Shown here: positions 27,421 to 36,602 of the stretch, piece by piece
Position numbering within the stretch: position 1 is the stretch's first letter
Layout of the letters: every line of letters begins with the position of its first letter
Assembly (NCBI GenBank): GCA_944390805.1
Contig: CALXQW010000038.1
Location: forward strand, 42,635-106,634
Reading direction: 5' to 3'
DNA from: an uncultured Opitutales bacterium
GTDB taxonomy: Bacteria; Verrucomicrobiota; Verrucomicrobiia; Opitutales; Intestinicryptomonadaceae
Length of the DNA: 64,000 bases
The notes under the pieces: model-generated
Told to the model about the DNA's origin: nothing
The model's input: the letters and a program-made list of their open reading frames with translations, nothing else
The model's database searches: none
Position numbers and translations under genes: made by a program

Positions 27421-29703
27421 TTAGTTTTGTCTTTTAGGATCTGCTATGTCCCTGAGAACATCTCCGAGCATATTGAAAGCTAGCACAGTTATAAATATAG
27501 CTGCTCCCGGCAATAGCAACCACCAAAATCCGAGCATAAGCACTTTTGTGTCCGACTGCGCCTGCGCGAGCATCAACCCCCAAGAGCTAGACGGCTCCTG
27601 TATGCCCAGTCCCAGAAAAGACAGCGCCGCCTCTCCAAGTATGTACGCCGGTATGGACAGAGTTCCGCTTACAATGATATAGCTCAGCTGGTTTGGCAGG
27701 AAATGCTTTATTATTATCTTCAAGGGGCTTTGGCCCATACTTTCAGCCGCCTGTATAAACTGGCGTTTTGAGAGCGACAGAGACATTCCTCTTATAACTC
27801 GCGCCGTGCCAGCCCAGCCGAGCATAGACAGTATTATCACTATCATTATGTACATCTCCGAAGAGTCGAAATGCGGCGCCAGTGCCGAGCGCATTGCAAG
27901 CAGCAGATACAAACTTGGCACTGCCATGAGAAACTCTACAAATCGCATTGCGATAAAGTCGAAAGACCCTCCAAAGTATCCCGAAAGCCCTCCGACCATA
28001 AATCCCATTACCATAGTTATTGCAATTCCAATAAAGCCTATGCTAAGCGACACCTGCGCCCCGTAAAGCAGGCGGGAAAACACATCTCTGCCGGTTGAGT
28101 CGGACCCCAAAAGATATATTCGCGCATCAGGATTATCCGTATACAGCCCAAAGAGCTTTGTTTGCATTTCAATAAAACCCCAGAGCTTGTACGGCTTGCT
28201 TCGCGCAAAGAACTTTATGGGAATATACTCTCCGGGTACAGGCTTGTACAGCGCTATGCTTGGGTCGGCATTCTCGTAGACTTTAATCTGCAATTTGCCG
28301 TCGTGCCAGACGGGCATTGTAGGGGGGTGGAATGACTTATTCAAACATGGCAGCGTTTCGGGGTAGGGCGCCAGAAACTGAGCAAACAAAGCGGCAAGAT
28401 ACAAAAGCCCAAGCACCGCAAGAGCAGCAAGCCCCTGTTTTGATGCTACTGTTTGGGGCAGAAAGTTCTTTATAAAAAATTTTGCCGCCCATATTAAGGC
28501 TAAGACTATCAGCAGCACGAGCGCCCCAAAAAGAAGCTTTCCTATGAACAGAAATGCCGATAATATTTCAGAAAATGTCTCCGGCATAGTTTCCGAAATG
28601 TAAGTCAGCCCAACTGCAAGTGCTATGGCCGACACCAGAAATATGGACACCGGCAATACCGGTATGCGCGAGTTCTCCAACCTTATGCGTGGATCTGCCA
28701 GAGCAAGAAGAATGTCGGCAAGCAGCTGGCCCATAACAAGCATGACGCAGCCCATGACAACACCAGCCATAACCACATACTGGTCCTGCTTTATTATTGC
28801 CGAATATATCAGCTGCCCAAGCCCCGGGTAATTCATTACATTCTCCACCAGAAGGGCTCCTGAAAGCAATCCCGCAAATGCAAATCCAAACGACGTAATT
28901 ATGGGGTTTATTGCATTTCTCAAAACCGCCTTGAACATTATGGCGCTTTCGCTCATGCCCTTTGCCCGCGCTGTGGTGGCAAATTCCGCGCGCTCAAAAT
29001 CCAGGAAGTTTCCCCTCATCACGCGCATTATAGAGGCTATCCCGCCAAGGGACAACACCAGGCTTGGAAGTATTAGGTGTTTTGCGTAGTCGGCTATTCG
29101 GGCGGCGGGAGAGAGGAAGTCGTGCATTATTGAGCACTGTCCTCCAGTGGGCAGCCAGCCTGTTACCGCTGCGAATAAAACCGCAAGCAGCGCAAGGAAA
29201 AAGTATGGTATGCTTAGCGCCGCATAAGATAGAAATGAGGCAATTTTATCGAACCAAGACCCTTTCTTTACCGCCGCTATAACTCCAAGCGGAATTGCCA
29301 CTCCGTATGTTAAAAGCAAAGATACTATAGCCAGAGCCAGCGTTGCCGCCACCCTTTGGCCTATCAGCGAAGACGCAGATATCTTGTAGCTCCACGAGTA
29401 CCCAAAATCCGGCGCGCCAAAAAATACAGGCCAGTGCTTGTCTCGCTCCTGCGGAGGTAAAAGATATTTTGTCTTTACGGGCGATACGCTGTTTAGCCAC
29501 ATTCCGTACTGCACATACCACGGCTTGTCCAACCCGAGAGCTATCTCTTGTTGCCGCACTATTTCGGGCGATATGTCTTTGGAATTTCTCGCCTCGTTGA
29601 GAAAGTCTCCAGGAGAAAGGTACATAAGCAGAAAGACCAACACACTGATTCCCAGTAGCATTGGAATCAGCGCGAGCAGCCTGCGCATGATAAATTTTAA
29701 CAT
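27421..29703 (-). CDS. Fused OppB-OppC-type ABC transporter permease (two BPD-transport domains in one 760-aa protein)
   Basis: The N-terminal half has the OppB/DppB hallmark 'MLKFIMRRLLALIPMLLGISVLVFLLMYLSPGD..ARAKGMSE'. The C-terminal half is OppC/DppC-like ('LLGSDSTGRDVFSRLLYGAQVSL..AAESMGQSPLKII'). Confidence 0.85.
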   Translation of the reverse strand: MLKFIMRRLLALIPMLLGISVLVFLLMYLSPGDFLNEARNSKDISPEIVRQQEIALGLDKPWYVQYGMWLNSVSPVKTKYLLPPQERDKHWPVFFGAPDFGYSWSYKISASSLIGQRVAATLALAIVSLLLTYGVAIPLGVIAAVKKGSWFDKIASFLSYAALSIPYFFLALLAVLFAAVTGWLPTGGQCSIMHDFLSPAARIADYAKHLILPSLVLSLGGIASIMRVMRGNFLDFERAEFATTARAKGMSESAIMFKAVLRNAINPIITSFGFAFAGLLSGALLVENVMNYPGLGQLIYSAIIKQDQYVVMAGVVMGCVMLVMGQLLADILLALADPRIRLENSRIPVLPVSIFLVSAIALAVGLTYISETMPETFSEILSAFLFIGKLLFGALVLLIVLALIWAAKFFIKNFLPQTVASKQGLAALAVLGLLYLAALFAQFLAPYPETLPCLNKSFHPPTMPVWHDGKLQIKVYENADPSIALYKPVPGEYIPIKFFARSKPYKLWGFIEMQTKLFGLYTDNPDARIYLLGSDSTGRDVFSRLLYGAQVSLSIGFIGIAITMVMGFMVGGLSGYFGGSFDFIAMRFVEFLMAVPSLYLLLAMRSALAPHFDSSEMYIMIVIILSMLGWAGTARVIRGMSLSLSKRQFIQAAESMGQSPLKIIIKHFLPNQLSYIIVSGTLSIPAYILGEAALSFLGLGIQEPSSSWGLMLAQAQSDTKVLMLGFWWLLLPGAAIFITVLAFNMLGDVLRDIADPKRQN

Positions 29704-29706
29704 CTC

Positions 29707-31548
29707 TTAATTCTCTCCGCCGTCGTATAGTTCGTCGAGGTTCCAAATTATGCTTCCCGTGGGAGGCACTTTTATGTTGCGCCATTTGCTCTGTATGCCC
29801 GAATAACTCATTGGCGTTATAAGGTACAGCAAGGGCAGTTCCTCTGAGAAAATATCTTGCATTTTAAATATGAGCTTCTTGCGCTCGGCCTCGTCGAGGG
29901 TGGTCTCCTGAAGGTCCATAAGCTCGTCGACACGCCTCTCCCAGTCTGTAGCAGGGCTTTTCTGACGAGGATTCCACACATGCAAAAAGCCGTCTGAACG
30001 GTATATAGCCTTTCCGCCCGAAGGGTCTCCGCCACCCGTAAAGCCCATCAGCGCGCTGTCGTAATCGAAAGTATTGTCTATTTTTGATACTATCGTGCCG
30101 AAATCTAAAAACGTCAGCCTTACCTCTATGCCGACCGCCTTCATATTGTCTACGAAGGTTGTGGCTATTGTAGTTGAGTTTTGGGAGTTCTCCGCCACGA
30201 GAAAGTCGAACTTAACCCGGTTGCCTGCGGAATCTCTAAGGTATCCCTCCCTGTCGAGCTTAAATCCGGCCTCGTTGAAAAGCTTCATGGAAAGGTTTGT
30301 ATCGTACGCATATTTGCGGGTATTTGGATTGTGCCATTTCTTGTTAGCGGGGCTTATTATGCCGTTTAGCTTCTGCGCGCGTCCAAACCATACACCGCGT
30401 ATGAGACCGTCGCGGTCTATGGCGCTCATTACTGCCTGCCTGAATCTCTTGTCCGAAAACCATTTTAGCTTTACTGGATCTACATATGGCTTGCCTTTTT
30501 CGTCCTTATTGGGATTCAGGTTAAACCAGATGAATTGTATAGAAGTGTCGGGCCCGCGCTCGTAAATTTTAAAATCGTAGGTGTTGGCATAGTTCTTCAC
30601 CCAGGCGTAGTCGTTGGCACTGACAGATGCGGCGTCGCACTGGCCCGTCGCAAAAAGTATAGTGCCTGTATTTGCGTCTGCCACAAACTTGTATATAAGA
30701 TAATCCATGTATGGCAGCCTGTTGCCTGCTTTGTCGGCACGCCAATAGTGCGGGTTGGGGCAGAGAGTCATGCGTTCGCCAGGCTTGAAGTTGTAGAGCA
30801 TATAGGGCCCGCTTGAAACTATCTTTTCGGGCGTATCTATAGCCGTTTTTGTAGACCAGGCCTCATTTAAAGTTCCATCTTCAAAATCTTTGTAGAGCGC
30901 ATGCTTTGGCATTATCTCTATAAAGCCTATATCTATCAGAAAAGGCGCGTAAACCGTCTTTGTGGTAAAACGCACAGTGTGTGAATCTATCTTCTCAAAT
31001 TTTACAGGCTCGCCGGATATTGTGTATTGCCCCGCGTATCTTGACGGATATTTCAGCAGTGGCTTGCCGGTCTGCTTGTCGAGAATAGGATTGCCATTTT
31101 TGTCTGTCTGCGGGGCAAATATTGCTTGAAATGTAAATATTACATCGTCTGCGGTAATCTCAACGCCATCGCTAAATTTTATTCCCTTTCTTATCTTGAA
31201 AGTATAGCTCTTGCCGTCGGGCGAAACCGTCCAGCTTTCTGCGAGTGCCGGTACAGTCTCATCTTTTATAGGGTCGTACGTAACAAGCGTTGAAAGCAGC
31301 AGCGATATGGCCTGGGACGAGTAGAGATCTGGCGATATCAGCGGATTGAACGTCTTTGGTTCCTGCGCCGAACATAGCACGAAAACCCCTCCGTATTTGC
31401 CCACTTCGCACTGGGCAATTTCAACGCCCTCGGGCAAAGGATATTTCCCTCTCTCCGGCCGCGGAGGCTCCGAGCAGGACGCGCTCAAAAGAAGCGCGCA
31501 CGCCCCTATTGCCGCTGTCCAAAGAAACCTCGTTTTAACTGGCGCCAT
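29707..31548 (-). CDS. ABC transporter substrate-binding lipoprotein, family 5 (OppA/DppA-like)
   Basis: I prefer the start at M112 of the track ORF (MAPVKTRFLWTAAIGACALLLSASC/SE, lipobox). The 5' 333 nt of the track ORF overlap tatC and look non-coding in that frame. 'TFNPL..LV.YD..VPALAESW.VS.DGK.YTFK.RKG.KFSDG' is the classic SBP_5 pattern. Confidence 0.9.
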   Translation of the reverse strand: MAPVKTRFLWTAAIGACALLLSASCSEPPRPERGKYPLPEGVEIAQCEVGKYGGVFVLCSAQEPKTFNPLISPDLYSSQAISLLLSTLVTYDPIKDETVPALAESWTVSPDGKSYTFKIRKGIKFSDGVEITADDVIFTFQAIFAPQTDKNGNPILDKQTGKPLLKYPSRYAGQYTISGEPVKFEKIDSHTVRFTTKTVYAPFLIDIGFIEIMPKHALYKDFEDGTLNEAWSTKTAIDTPEKIVSSGPYMLYNFKPGERMTLCPNPHYWRADKAGNRLPYMDYLIYKFVADANTGTILFATGQCDAASVSANDYAWVKNYANTYDFKIYERGPDTSIQFIWFNLNPNKDEKGKPYVDPVKLKWFSDKRFRQAVMSAIDRDGLIRGVWFGRAQKLNGIISPANKKWHNPNTRKYAYDTNLSMKLFNEAGFKLDREGYLRDSAGNRVKFDFLVAENSQNSTTIATTFVDNMKAVGIEVRLTFLDFGTIVSKIDNTFDYDSALMGFTGGGDPSGGKAIYRSDGFLHVWNPRQKSPATDWERRVDELMDLQETTLDEAERKKLIFKMQDIFSEELPLLYLITPMSYSGIQSKWRNIKVPPTGSIIWNLDELYDGGEN

Positions 31549-32803
31549 TTTCCAACTTTTCCGCTTCGGCCTTCTGCGAGGCTTTCTCGGCGGAATCAGA
31601 TTCTTTATCGGTTGCGGAAGGCTTTTCTTTATCCTCTCCGCCAGATTTACCACCTTCCTCTTTAGAGCTGTCGTTAAGATGCCAATCAGGCGCAAAAATA
31701 TCCAAATTTGGCTCGTTAAGGCTCCAATCGGGGGAAAAATCGTATTCGGGTATGGCGTCGTACCGCTCAAGCTCCTCAAGCTCGGCGTCGTACTCGTCTC
31801 TGTAGTATTCAGCCTCGTAATCGGCATAGCCGTAGTCGTTCTCGTCGGGCTTGTTTGGGTCGTAATCGTCGGGCAGGGCATTGGGATCTGCCGCTTTTTT
31901 TTGAGCTTCCTCGTTCCTTAAACGCTCTTCCTCGGCCATTTCCAAGCGCCGCTTTTCTATGATTTCCTCAGCGTATTCCTTGCGTTCCTTCGCTTCTTGC
32001 TCGGCTTCTTTGCGCTCCCTCTCGGCTTCGGCGGCAAGCTTGCGCTTGCGCAGGCGCGTACCTATGAATAACGCCCCCTCGTACATCAGATATAGCGGCA
32101 CTACAAGCGCTATTTGCGTAAAGACGTCGGGCGGAGTTATTACTGCGGCAACTATGAATAAAATTAGTATCACCATGCGCCTGTTCTTGCGCAGAAAATC
32201 TGGGTTGAGCACTCCCAGATACAGCAGTATTACCTCCAATAGAGGAAGCTCAAACGCCAAGCCTATGGAAAGGGTAACCCATATTATGAAGGAATAGTAG
32301 TTTTCCCAATCGTATAGAGTATCCAGATTCATGCTCGCCGAAAGCAACGACGAAAAATATATGCCGGCGGGCATTATTATAAAAAAGGCAAACGACACCC
32401 CCACAATGAACAGCAGCGCTCCTGTAAACGCTCCGGGCAGCAAAAGCCTCTTTTCGTCTTTAGTTAACCCCGGCGCTACAAATCCGGCTATGAAGAAGAG
32501 CATAAAGGGCAGGGCAAGCGCAATTCCTCCAGACAATACCACATAGACCATTATGAAGATGGGCGACATTATAGAGCCTACTCGCAGCGGAATTTTGTGG
32601 TCGAGCATTTTCTCCGCCGTATGCAACGGATATTGCAGCAAGTCGAAGAAATGGTTGTAGCCTATTCCAACTATGAATATCATCAGGAATAAGACCGCTA
32701 TGCACTTTATAATAACCCATCTCATTTCCTCGAGATGCTCGAGGAAAGTCATGTCTTTATTCTGGAAAAACTTTTCCTTTCTCTTCTTCAAGCCAAGCAT
32801 CAT
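31535..32803 (-). CDS. tatC: Twin-arginine translocase subunit TatC with a ~170-aa C-terminal extension
   Basis: 'MTFLEHLEEMRWVIIKC' N-terminus and six TM segments typical of TatC. I prefer the start at M21, 10 nt after the pheT stop. From about residue 271 the protein becomes a charged coiled-coil-like then acidic/aromatic tail. The stop overlaps the SBP start by 14 nt. Confidence 0.85.
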   Translation of the reverse strand: MMLGLKKRKEKFFQNKDMTFLEHLEEMRWVIIKCIAVLFLMIFIVGIGYNHFFDLLQYPLHTAEKMLDHKIPLRVGSIMSPIFIMVYVVLSGGIALALPFMLFFIAGFVAPGLTKDEKRLLLPGAFTGALLFIVGVSFAFFIIMPAGIYFSSLLSASMNLDTLYDWENYYSFIIWVTLSIGLAFELPLLEVILLYLGVLNPDFLRKNRRMVILILFIVAAVITPPDVFTQIALVVPLYLMYEGALFIGTRLRKRKLAAEAERERKEAEQEAKERKEYAEEIIEKRRLEMAEEERLRNEEAQKKAADPNALPDDYDPNKPDENDYGYADYEAEYYRDEYDAELEELERYDAIPEYDFSPDWSLNEPNLDIFAPDWHLNDSSKEEGGKSGGEDKEKPSATDKESDSAEKASQKAEAEKLENGAS

Positions 32804-32813
32804 ATTGCGCTCC

Positions 32814-35255
32814 TTAGGCTCTGAGCTTGTATTTTTTTGAGAGTTCCGCGCAGATTGCCTCAAAGACCTTGTTTACCTCTTCGGCTTTGAGAGTCTTTGT
32901 GGCGGAACGGAACCTCATAGAGAAGGCCATGCTCTTCTTGTCGTCCTCAACGCCCTTGCCGGAGTAGAGGTCGAATATGTTTACATCTTCCAAGTCGAAC
33001 TGGCCCTTGCACTTGGCCTTCGCAATTTTTACTATCTCGTGCTTTAGGTCGGCCGCTGCTATGCTTTTTGGCACTATTAGCGCAACGTCCCTCTCCGATG
33101 GCGGAAAACTGCTAAAAGGCGTAAATTTTGCCGCAGACTTCTTGCGGGCGGCAACTTCCGGACGGAACAATAACTCTCCGGCAAATACTATGCCGTCTAT
33201 TCCCGCGTCTTTTAGGAACCCTAGGTTGAGCGCCCCGAAAGACACCTTGAATCCTTCCCTATCGACCGCTCCGCATGTTGCCGCAAAGCCGTCCTGCCAG
33301 ATTTTATCAGTCGGACTCTTAAAATTCAGCCTTGATGCGTCTACACCCAATATTGAGAGCATGTCGCAAGCGGTTTTCTTTGCTGTGAAGAAATCAGCTT
33401 TTGGGCGTTTTGTCCAGCTGGCGCCGCGCGCGTCGGGGGCAAAGACAAAAGCCGTCGAGACCAACTCTGTAAGGGAGTCTTTTACCTTTGCAAAAACTCT
33501 GCCGTTTTCAAAGAATCCGTAGAAGGAGTTTGCGTTGTCTATATTTAGAGCAACAGCCCCAGCAAGCCCGTCTAAAAGCGATGTTCTAAGAGAGTCCTGA
33601 TCTGCCGTAAGCGGGTTTGCAAGCTTTAGAATATCGGCATTGTCGTGCCACTTCTGCGTCTGTACGCTGCTGCGCAATGTGTAGTGCACGCATTCGTTAA
33701 AGCCCTCTGCAGACAGATAGTCGGCAGCGGCTCTGGCATATGTAAAGACTGGATCGTCATTTCTAAGCGACGCCCTCGTAAGCGGCATCTGCGTTGGAAT
33801 ATGCTCCGACCCGTAAAGCCTTATGAACTCTTCAACCAAATCTATGGGCCTGTCCACATCGCACCTAAAAGACGGCACCGTTACCCGCAGATTTGTTCCG
33901 CCCGATGGCATCTCTACCGTAAATCCCAAGCGCCTGAATACGTCGGCAACCTCGTCTATTAAAACGTCGAAACCTATCCTGTCTATTATATACGGCAGCG
34001 ATATCTCTATCATGCGGTCGCCGCGCGGAGGCTTGCCGGCAACTATCGTGGCGCCTTCCTGGTGCCCGCCAGCAAGGGAGCATATCAAGTCGACCGCCCT
34101 GCGCGAGGCGTCTATCGTTCCTTGAGGATCCACATCTCTTGCAAATCTGTACGACGAATCCGTATTTATATTGAGCTTGCGCGATGTTGCCCTTACATTT
34201 CCCGGATTAAAATACGCAGATTCTATAACAAGATCCGTAGTCTCGTCCGTGACCTCAGAATTCTTTCCTCCCATCACTCCTGCTATCGCCACAGGACCGA
34301 CACCGTCGCAGACCATTGTATTCAGCGGGGTTAACGTATGGGTTTTCTCGTCGAGAGTTTCGAAAACTTCGCCGTCGTCAGCCTGGCGGACGCGTATTTT
34401 CTTCTCCCTAATCTTTGCCGCATCAAATGAATGCAGCGGCTGGCCGTATTCCATCAATACGTAATTTGTAACGTCCACCACATTGTTTATCGGGCGCAGG
34501 CCTACTGCCTCCAGACGCTTCTTCATCCATTCCGGGCTTTCAGCTATCTTTACGTCTCTTATGCATGCTGCAAGATAGAAGGGGCAGTTTTGCGTATCGA
34601 GCTCAACGCTGTCCAAAAGACCGCTCTGAGATTTTTCAGAATAGTTCTCTGCCGCCTTAAGCTCTGGCATCTTCAGAGGCTTTGAAAACTTTGCGGCAAG
34701 CTCTCTGGCTATACCTATGTGGCTTGCACAGTCTCCCCTGTTTGCGGTAAGCTCAACTTCAAATACGGTATCGGTATCTGTGAATACGTCGTTTATAGGT
34801 GTGCCTATCTCGGGTGAATTCTGCAGTATCAGCAGGCCGCTATGGTCGCTGCCAAGCCCAAGCTCGCGCGCGGAGCACATCATTCCATTGCTTACAACCC
34901 CGCGCAATTTTGACACCTTTATCTTGAATCCCTTGCCGTCTTCCGTTGGCAGTTCTGCCCCGTCGAGCGCAACAGGAACGCGGTCTCCAACCTTGTAGTT
35001 CGATGCCCCGCATACTATCTGTATTGGCTCTGCATCCTTGTCAACCTTGACCATGCAAACTCCAAGGTGGTCGGAATCGGGGTGAGGATCCCTCGAAAGT
35101 ATCTGCCCCACAACCACATTCTTGAGCGGAGGCAACCCCAGAGTCTGCACGCTCTCAACCTCCAACCCAAGCATGGGCAGCGCCTCCGATATCTCATCTA
35201 TCGATACGTCGGAAAGATCCACATAGTCGTTTAGCCAGTTTAAGCTTACTTTCAT
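32814..35255 (-). CDS. pheT: Phenylalanine--tRNA ligase beta subunit
   Basis: 'MKVSLNWLNDYVDL' N-terminus, followed by tRNA-binding, B3/4, B5 and FDX-ACB domain order. Confidence 0.95.
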   Translation of the reverse strand: MKVSLNWLNDYVDLSDVSIDEISEALPMLGLEVESVQTLGLPPLKNVVVGQILSRDPHPDSDHLGVCMVKVDKDAEPIQIVCGASNYKVGDRVPVALDGAELPTEDGKGFKIKVSKLRGVVSNGMMCSARELGLGSDHSGLLILQNSPEIGTPINDVFTDTDTVFEVELTANRGDCASHIGIARELAAKFSKPLKMPELKAAENYSEKSQSGLLDSVELDTQNCPFYLAACIRDVKIAESPEWMKKRLEAVGLRPINNVVDVTNYVLMEYGQPLHSFDAAKIREKKIRVRQADDGEVFETLDEKTHTLTPLNTMVCDGVGPVAIAGVMGGKNSEVTDETTDLVIESAYFNPGNVRATSRKLNINTDSSYRFARDVDPQGTIDASRRAVDLICSLAGGHQEGATIVAGKPPRGDRMIEISLPYIIDRIGFDVLIDEVADVFRRLGFTVEMPSGGTNLRVTVPSFRCDVDRPIDLVEEFIRLYGSEHIPTQMPLTRASLRNDDPVFTYARAAADYLSAEGFNECVHYTLRSSVQTQKWHDNADILKLANPLTADQDSLRTSLLDGLAGAVALNIDNANSFYGFFENGRVFAKVKDSLTELVSTAFVFAPDARGASWTKRPKADFFTAKKTACDMLSILGVDASRLNFKSPTDKIWQDGFAATCGAVDREGFKVSFGALNLGFLKDAGIDGIVFAGELLFRPEVAARKKSAAKFTPFSSFPPSERDVALIVPKSIAAADLKHEIVKIAKAKCKGQFDLEDVNIFDLYSGKGVEDDKKSMAFSMRFRSATKTLKAEEVNKVFEAICAELSKKYKLRA

Positions 35256-35279
35256 CTTTATAAATTCTCCGAAAATATT

Positions 35280-36323
35280 TTATTTTGCAAACTGCCTTAA
35301 AAAGCGAAGATCGTTCGCGTAGAAATGGCGTATGTCGTCTATAGAATGCATGAGCATTGCCACCCTCTCTACTCCGAGCCCAAAAGCGTAGCCGCTCCAT
35401 TCGTTCGGATCCAACCCAACATTCTTTAGCACATTAGGATCAACCAGGCCGCAGCCCATTATCTCTATCCACCTATTGCTAAGCCTGCCCAAATTCTCCG
35501 TCATAAAGTCAACCTCAAAGCTCGGCTCCGTGAACGGAAAGAAGCTTGGTCTTAAGCGTATCTTGGCCGATTCCCCAAACAGATCCTTAAATAAATACGC
35601 AAGTATGGCCTTCAAATCTGTAAGGCGCACATCTTTGTCTATGCATAGGCACTCCAGCTGGTGGAAATTCGCCGAATGGGTCGCATCTACTGTATCGCGC
35701 CTGAAAGCCCTTCCGGGAGCAACTATCTTTATTGGCGCACCCTCCTTGAGCATAGCGCGTATTTGCACTGTCGATGTATGCGAACGCAACAGGTAAAGCT
35801 CGTCCGCGTGCTTTGAGACATTGTCAACTTTAAGCTCGGGCGGGAAGAACAATGTGTCTTGCGCGTCTCTTGCCGGGTGGTCGGCAGGAGTGTTAAGCGC
35901 GTCGAAGCAATGCCACTCTGTGTCTATCTCGGTTGCTTCTGCAACGGTGAATCCAGCCTTCTTAAATGTGTCGCAAATTCTGCGTATAGTCTGTGTAAGT
36001 GGATGTATCGTTCCGCGGGCGGCCTCGGGTGAGGGCAGGGTGATGTCGGGCTTTTCCCCAAGCGCCTCAACCTTGCGGGCTTGCTCTATGCGCGCGTACG
36101 CCGCCTGGGCAAGCGGCTCTATTGCCTGCTTTGCCTTGTTTATCAGCTTGCCAACCAGCGGCCTCTGTTTCGGATCGAGCGTTGGTATGGTCTTCATTAT
36201 CGCTGTAAGATCGCCGTTCGGACCAAGCGCCGAAGCCGTTATGTTCGATACTTGCGCTGCTGTCTGGGCTTCTGGCAGAAGCTTTTCCATGCGCGCTATG
36301 ATTTCGTTTATCTTATCTTCCAT
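35280..36323 (-). CDS. pheS: Phenylalanine--tRNA ligase alpha subunit
   Basis: Class II motifs (..HPARD.QDTFF.., ..FRRD..DATH...FHQLE.., ..GFAFGLGVERVAML..). Confidence 0.95.
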   Translation of the reverse strand: MEDKINEIIARMEKLLPEAQTAAQVSNITASALGPNGDLTAIMKTIPTLDPKQRPLVGKLINKAKQAIEPLAQAAYARIEQARKVEALGEKPDITLPSPEAARGTIHPLTQTIRRICDTFKKAGFTVAEATEIDTEWHCFDALNTPADHPARDAQDTLFFPPELKVDNVSKHADELYLLRSHTSTVQIRAMLKEGAPIKIVAPGRAFRRDTVDATHSANFHQLECLCIDKDVRLTDLKAILAYLFKDLFGESAKIRLRPSFFPFTEPSFEVDFMTENLGRLSNRWIEIMGCGLVDPNVLKNVGLDPNEWSGYAFGLGVERVAMLMHSIDDIRHFYANDLRFLRQFAK

Positions 36324-36551
36324 TTCGACAAAATCCCATGCGGATTTCTCGTCCGCAAAAATCTATTGTATATTAAAGCCCAAAAGATATTCCAATACGC
36401 CGTTTGGGCAAGTAAAAAGCCTTATTCGCCACCTTTTTTTTACGGCCGCAAAAAATGGCAAGTAGGCATTATTGCGCATAATGCAAAAATCTTTTCAGCC
36501 TTTTTATAGGGTAGAAGGGCAAGTAGCCTTTTTTTATACTCAACCGAGCAC

Positions 36552-36580
36552 AAAAAAGGCGCAACAGATTTCGTTGCGCC
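36552..36580 (-). terminator. Rho-independent terminator after rplT
   Basis: Minus strand reads GGCGCAAC GAAATCT GTTGCGCC followed by TTTTTTG. It lies 23 nt downstream of the rplT stop. Confidence 0.8.
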
Positions 36581-36602
36581 TTTTGGGAAAATTTTTATAA
36601 AT

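Noticed and set aside
31470-31548. Possible twin-arginine signal on the binding protein, which is translationally coupled to tatC.
   Set aside because: The signal peptide has a single Arg (VKTRFLW), not an RR or KR pair in the S/T-R-R-x-F-L-K context. A lipobox Cys indicates the Sec/Lol route.
31549-31881. N-terminal 111-codon extension of the substrate-binding protein ORF (Thr/Pro-rich).
   Set aside because: It overlaps the 3' part of tatC in another frame. The internal Met at 31548 gives a perfect lipoprotein signal peptide, so the extension is not coding.
36324-36602. T-box or pheM-type leader peptide upstream of pheS.
   Set aside because: The T-box consensus (AANNNGGGTGGTACCGCG) is absent; only a loose 'AGGTGGCGA' is present. 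The sole small ORF is not Phe-rich. The region is kept as a finding only for its repeated octamer.
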